In this document: one piece after another, positions 59,878 to 64,000 of the stretch
Layout: every line of letters starts with the position of its first letter
How positions within the stretch are numbered: the stretch's first letter is position 1
Source of the DNA: an uncultured Leptospiraceae bacterium
Lineage (GTDB): Bacteria > Spirochaetota > UBA4802 > UB4802
DNA: 64,000 nucleotides
Assembly (NCBI GenBank): GCA_964629365.1
Contig: CAZVRB010000004.1
Coordinates: 18,827-82,826 of the forward strand
Direction of reading: 5' to 3'
Notes under the pieces: model-generated
What the model saw: the letters and a program-made list of their open reading frames with translations, nothing else
What the model was told of the DNA's origin: nothing
Database searches by the model: none
Program-made: the position numbers and the translations under genes

Positions 59878-62550
59878 TTATTGCCCCTGCTTGATCAACA
59901 GGAATTCAACCCGACGGTTTCTTCTCCTGTTTTCAGAACTGGTATTAGGTAGAAATGGAGTTGTTTCTCCCATCCCCCTGAATGACAGCCTGTCCTTGTC
60001 AATGCCGTTATCAACCAGGTATTCCATTACAGCCTTTGCCCTGCGTTCAGAGAGTTTAAGGTTATACTTTTCTTCCCCGATGTCATCCGTGTGACCTTCG
60101 ATGAGTACGTTGTAGCTTGAATATTTTTCAAGTATCTCGGTTACCCTGTCCAGGATGGGGAAAGCCCTGCCGGTCAACTTTGAACTGTCAAACTTGAACT
60201 CGATATTACTGATGCGTATTTTCAAACCACGCTCAGTAACGATCACAAGCACATCTATGGGTAATTTCACTTTATCAGTGGATATCCTGTTTCCGGCGTT
60301 ATCACCTGTTTCAAGCTGAATATGGTAATCAGCCGCCGATTCAACCAGCTCACCATTCTCACCGATACCGTCCCATTTGATCTGTGCGGGTGGGGTATCC
60401 TTTCCACTGAATGTCTTGAATACGTCTCCTGACGGAGCATAAATCGTAACCTTCCAGTCCTTCACACCGAATTCATCTTTTGCCACGGGATAAATGGTGA
60501 GTATATCATTCTCTCCATCCCCGTCGGGAGAAAATCGCGATGGTTCATATTCTAAGTCAACATCAGGGGGAGTGCTGTCCACGATGATTTTTTTATCAAA
60601 GGAAGATGGTTTATTACCGCTTTCAAACTCCGCCATCAAGCTGTAATAGAACACACCATCATCCAGTTTATCACCATCATCATCCCGAACATCCCAGCTG
60701 ACCGTATCCGGAAGCTGGTCTTTTCCCTGTATCTTTCGTACAGGTTTTTTCTTTTTATCAGATATTGTGATTTCCCATCCCACAAGTCCTTTCTTATCCG
60801 AAAGATCAGTGTTAAACACAATGGGCCTGTTGGATGAGTACGAATAGTATTCCGCGGCTGTAGTAATATCTGCAACCTGGTATTTCCTGGTAAGTGATAT
60901 TTCCTTTACCGTGGCTTTTGTACTGTTTCCAGCCATATCGGTGCAGGCAATGAAATAGGTATACAGCCCTTCAGGTACATCCTGGCCGTTATCATTCTTA
61001 CCATTCCATGTAACAGAACGGGGCACATCCTTACCCTTCCAGTTGTATGATTTTACAATATTTCCCTCCCCATCCTCATAACCTGCTTTCCATTCATCTT
61101 CAGGCTCGGTTGTAATATCCTGTCGTATGGTGAGGGTGTCTTTACGATTATCATCGTTGGGTGAGAAAAGTGTATATTCTGAAGACAGTGTGGCTTCCGG
61201 AGCAGTCTTATCTATATGTATGACACCGGTTTTCTCAGCAGAGATATTGTCCCGTTCATCCCATACTATGAATGAATAAAGATAAGAACCGTCAGGTACT
61301 GTCCTGCTTTCCTGGTTAGTGCCGTCCCAGAAGAGGGTACCCGGAACCATCATTGATTCCTTCTTCGTCCATATCTTTTTGATAAAGCCAATGGGTGAAA
61401 GAGTTTCATCGATATCCCTTTCGGACACACGATATTCCTTTACCACCTGGTTCTGTTCATTCTTGATCTGCATCTTCCAGCCATTAATCCGGCTCTGATC
61501 GTTCACGTCCAACTTGAAATAGACGAAATCCTTGTTCCCGTCATAGTTTGGCGATATGTATTTCTGGCTGGCCTCAATGGACGTAACTGGAGGCTCCCTG
61601 TCCAGTTTCCCGTATTCCCCGCTGATTCCTGCGTAGTGCACGAAATCTGTATCCTTGTAGTGAACCAGTGAATAGCTGATCTCACCATCAAAGTCGCCAT
61701 AGCGCATCTTGTAGCCTATTCCCATGGTCATATCCCCGTATTCGTACGACTGGGGATACATGCCTCCAATTCGAAGCACGTACTTCTGCTTAAAAACAGA
61801 TTCAAATCCAACCCTGACCGGCACTTCGCTGAATTCATCCGTTACGTTTACATCGTTAAAAAGGCTTATCATCATTTTATCAGAACGATAAAATGGAAGA
61901 GTATAGCCAAGTGTCACCTGGTTAAGTTGAGACATGTCACTTTCGCTACCCAGGGGGATACCGGTTAAAAGAGCAAACGCAAGAGATGGATTAAATATAC
62001 CAAAGCCACTGCCAAGTTCATGGCTATAACCTGTTGAATAGATACTTCCAATATTCAAACCACCGAAATGGGCGCTTTCACCCTGCCCTTTTCCGTACAA
62101 TCCGTTAAGCGATACCCCGACTACCAGATTCTCGGTAAACTCCTTGGCCCCACCCAGGCCAAACATGTACCCACGTTCAATATCATAGCTGTCAGGTATA
62201 TCCAGCATACGGAAATATCCCCCCAGCACACCGTAGGATGTAGGAAAGGCCAGTGAAAACCCTGGATTATGATACCTGAAAGGCAGGCTGCCATAATCCA
62301 GCCCCATGCCCAGCCTTTCAAGCCTGCCAATTGCTGCCGGATTATAGGGAAAGATGTCAGCACCGGTGTCTGCCACCCCAGCCCCACCTCGTCCCAGCAT
62401 ACGTGTTGATTCACCCAATAGCAGCAGGCTTGAACCACTGTCTGGTTCTGCCTTTGCCAGGGAATGTATGGAAAAACATGATATCATTACCATAATTGAT
62501 ATTGAAATTAATCGTTTCATAATACACATACCGTACCCGTGACTAAACAT
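59878..62550 (-). CDS. OmpA-family outer-membrane protein with FlgD-Ig-like repeat region
   Basis: Signal peptide. Gly/Tyr-rich N-terminal domain that looks like a beta-barrel. Several FSPNxDGxxD repeats. C-terminal OmpA domain (FDSSKL...LIEGHTDDIGEEKYNLKLSERRA). Confidence 0.8.
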   Translation of the reverse strand: MFSHGYGMCIMKRLISISIMVMISCFSIHSLAKAEPDSGSSLLLLGESTRMLGRGGAGVADTGADIFPYNPAAIGRLERLGMGLDYGSLPFRYHNPGFSLAFPTSYGVLGGYFRMLDIPDSYDIERGYMFGLGGAKEFTENLVVGVSLNGLYGKGQGESAHFGGLNIGSIYSTGYSHELGSGFGIFNPSLAFALLTGIPLGSESDMSQLNQVTLGYTLPFYRSDKMMISLFNDVNVTDEFSEVPVRVGFESVFKQKYVLRIGGMYPQSYEYGDMTMGIGYKMRYGDFDGEISYSLVHYKDTDFVHYAGISGEYGKLDREPPVTSIEASQKYISPNYDGNKDFVYFKLDVNDQSRINGWKMQIKNEQNQVVKEYRVSERDIDETLSPIGFIKKIWTKKESMMVPGTLFWDGTNQESRTVPDGSYLYSFIVWDERDNISAEKTGVIHIDKTAPEATLSSEYTLFSPNDDNRKDTLTIRQDITTEPEDEWKAGYEDGEGNIVKSYNWKGKDVPRSVTWNGKNDNGQDVPEGLYTYFIACTDMAGNSTKATVKEISLTRKYQVADITTAAEYYSYSSNRPIVFNTDLSDKKGLVGWEITISDKKKKPVRKIQGKDQLPDTVSWDVRDDDGDKLDDGVFYYSLMAEFESGNKPSSFDKKIIVDSTPPDVDLEYEPSRFSPDGDGENDILTIYPVAKDEFGVKDWKVTIYAPSGDVFKTFSGKDTPPAQIKWDGIGENGELVESAADYHIQLETGDNAGNRISTDKVKLPIDVLVIVTERGLKIRISNIEFKFDSSKLTGRAFPILDRVTEILEKYSSYNVLIEGHTDDIGEEKYNLKLSERRAKAVMEYLVDNGIDKDRLSFRGMGETTPFLPNTSSENRRRNRRVEFLLIKQGQ

Positions 62551-62723
62551 TCTTTATTTGAATTCAGAAAAATTATGCAAATTGTTATTTTCATTATACA
62601 TGGACAATAGAACCCTAATGCAAGTTATTTTTTTTATAGTTCCCACAACTTATAGATGTATCGGTTTTTTTAAAAGAATCTGAAAAGGTACATGCTTCAA
62701 CTGAGAAGAATCTCAATCAGCAG

Positions 62724-62752
62724 TTGACTTTCATCTTACCGTTACTTATTAT
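62724..62752 (+). promoter_or_regulatory. sigma-70-like promoter TTGACT-N17-TATTAT upstream of bcp
   Basis: Read directly. AAGAGGAGG RBS follows before ATG 62790. Confidence 0.4.
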
Positions 62753-62789
62753 ACTTTATTATAAACAGCAACATAAGAGGAGGAAATAT

Positions 62790-63278
62790 ATGGCAACAAA
62801 AGTAAGCCTGCTTGAAAAAGGAAATATAGCACCGGAGTTCTGTCTTCCGGACAAAGATAGAAACACCGTATGTCTCAAGGATCTTCGATCTAAATGGGTT
62901 GTTCTTTATTTTTACCCGAAGGACAACACCAGCGGCTGTACACTTGAGGCTATAGACTTTACCAGGGAGCTTGATGATTTCAAATCACTGAATACGGTAA
63001 TACTCGGTGTAAGCCCGGATTCACCGGAAAGCCACTGCCGGTTTTATGACAAGCACAACCTGAAGGTTACCCTGCTTAGTGATACAGAAAAGGAAGTGCT
63101 GCAGCAATACGGCGCATGGGGTACAAAAAAGATGTACGGAAAGGAATACCAGGGTGTAATCAGAACCACCTGCCTGGTTGATCCCGACGGGAAAATCGCA
63201 AAGGTGTGGAATAACGTAAAGGTAAATGGCCACGTTAACGAGGTGATGGACACGGTAAAATCACTACAGGGTGAATGA
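62790..63278 (+). CDS. bcp: peroxiredoxin Bcp (thiol peroxidase)
   Basis: VVLYFYPKDNTSGCTLEA peroxidatic Cys motif. Confidence 0.85.
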   Translation: MATKVSLLEKGNIAPEFCLPDKDRNTVCLKDLRSKWVVLYFYPKDNTSGCTLEAIDFTRELDDFKSLNTVILGVSPDSPESHCRFYDKHNLKVTLLSDTEKEVLQQYGAWGTKKMYGKEYQGVIRTTCLVDPDGKIAKVWNNVKVNGHVNEVMDTVKSLQGE

Positions 63279-63296
63279 ACTGGTAACAGGATACCT

Positions 63297-63896
63297 CTAT
63301 CCCAGCTTGAATTTCTTGTCGATATCATCAGGGTTTCCAGCCTGTGGTGACTCATGGCTGTGTGTATGAATACGCATCTCATGATCAAGTAGATATTTCT
63401 TCATCTCAGCCCCGGATGTATACATACCCATTGAACCATCACCCTTTATCACCCGGTGACAGGGTATAATGATTGGAAACCGGTTTTTCGCCATGGTATT
63501 ACCGGCGAACCGGGCTCCGCCAGGGATTCCTGATCGTTCTGCCAGTTCACCGTATGAAACCGTTGTACCCGTTTCAATTGACAATAATGACTGGTAAACT
63601 TTTTTTTCCATGGTGGTGTATCCATTGAGATCAAGAGGGGGAGCACCCACAGGGGCCAAGGGATCAGCAAAGTATGTCGAAAAAAAGTTCAGCGACTCAT
63701 CAAGGGGTGCAGTTATGGATGGGACACAATTAGAACGAATCATATCAACCAGGGTCGTCCTGTGTCCATATACCACGCATTTCAAACTTTCTTCATCAGC
63801 TGCCAGGAATAGTTCTCCACCATGAAAAGGAAATACCGCACTGAAAAGACTGGTATTTGCTCGAAGAATTAATTGTGCCTGCTTTTCATTCATCAT
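63297..63896 (-). CDS. ogt: methylated-DNA--protein-cysteine S-methyltransferase
   Basis: IIPCHRVI active site, N-terminal Ada-like domain. Confidence 0.85.
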   Translation of the reverse strand: MMNEKQAQLILRANTSLFSAVFPFHGGELFLAADEESLKCVVYGHRTTLVDMIRSNCVPSITAPLDESLNFFSTYFADPLAPVGAPPLDLNGYTTMEKKVYQSLLSIETGTTVSYGELAERSGIPGGARFAGNTMAKNRFPIIIPCHRVIKGDGSMGMYTSGAEMKKYLLDHEMRIHTHSHESPQAGNPDDIDKKFKLG

Positions 63897-64000
63897 GCAT
63901 ACCCAATAAGTATTACTGAGATCGAAGTATTTTCAAAGAGTTTTCCCTGTCCTTTTTCAACTGTGTCATTAGATCGTCAACAGAAGAAAATTTTATCTCG

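Overview
Dense, gene-rich window of about 60 genes from an anaerobe-like bacterium with a Gram-negative-type envelope (OmpA, lipoproteins, sigma-54, many c-di-GMP and two-component genes). I found no CRISPR array, transposase, integrase or prophage. Main blocks: (i) 1-6.5 kb, a CoA-thioester cluster with two tandem HgdC/BcrAD-type radical-enzyme activase ATPases (the first truncated by the window edge), an unclassifiable Cys-rich protein, a CooC-type CxC metallochaperone ATPase, an SCP-x-like thiolase with an insertion, and an AMP-forming acyl-CoA synthetase, ending convergently on a 7TMR-DISM::AraC one-component regulator; (ii) nitroreductase and ferredoxin; (iii) a cNMP-gated MscS channel divergent from a GAF-PAS class III adenylyl cyclase that is co-operonic with a membrane HEAT-repeat protein; (iv) a TetR-controlled GH1 beta-glucosidase / GPH symporter / NAD(P)-binding operon with ATGA overlaps; (v) a 7TMR-DISM hybrid histidine kinase - M23 peptidase - ICMT-like methyltransferase operon facing a second, larger M23 protein; (vi) tRNA-Ala(CGC), penicillin-acylase-family protein, DapL-like aminotransferase; (vii) a GGDEF response regulator / AI-2E / HD-GYP region; (viii) a Firmicute-like rpsP-KH-rimM-trmD-rplS-rnhB block followed by a YlqG-like protein and an orphan FlhB-C-terminal-domain protein; (ix) rpe, PASTA protein, PAS hybrid kinase, sigma-54 activator; (x) an SbcD-like phosphoesterase + SMC/Rad50-like ATPase whose coiled-coil apex carries a TM hairpin + TPR protein; (xi) valS, a second membrane AraC, the UPF0210/ACT(UPF0237) pair, a DUF1178-like Zn-ribbon protein, a HAD-IIB phosphatase, a giant OmpA protein with FlgD-Ig-like repeats, bcp and ogt. 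The most likely novel system is the activase/CooC/Cys-rich-protein CoA module at the 5' edge. Next are the membrane-anchored SbcD/SMC-like pair and the local cAMP circuit. All calls rest on motif reading of the supplied translations; I ran no database search.
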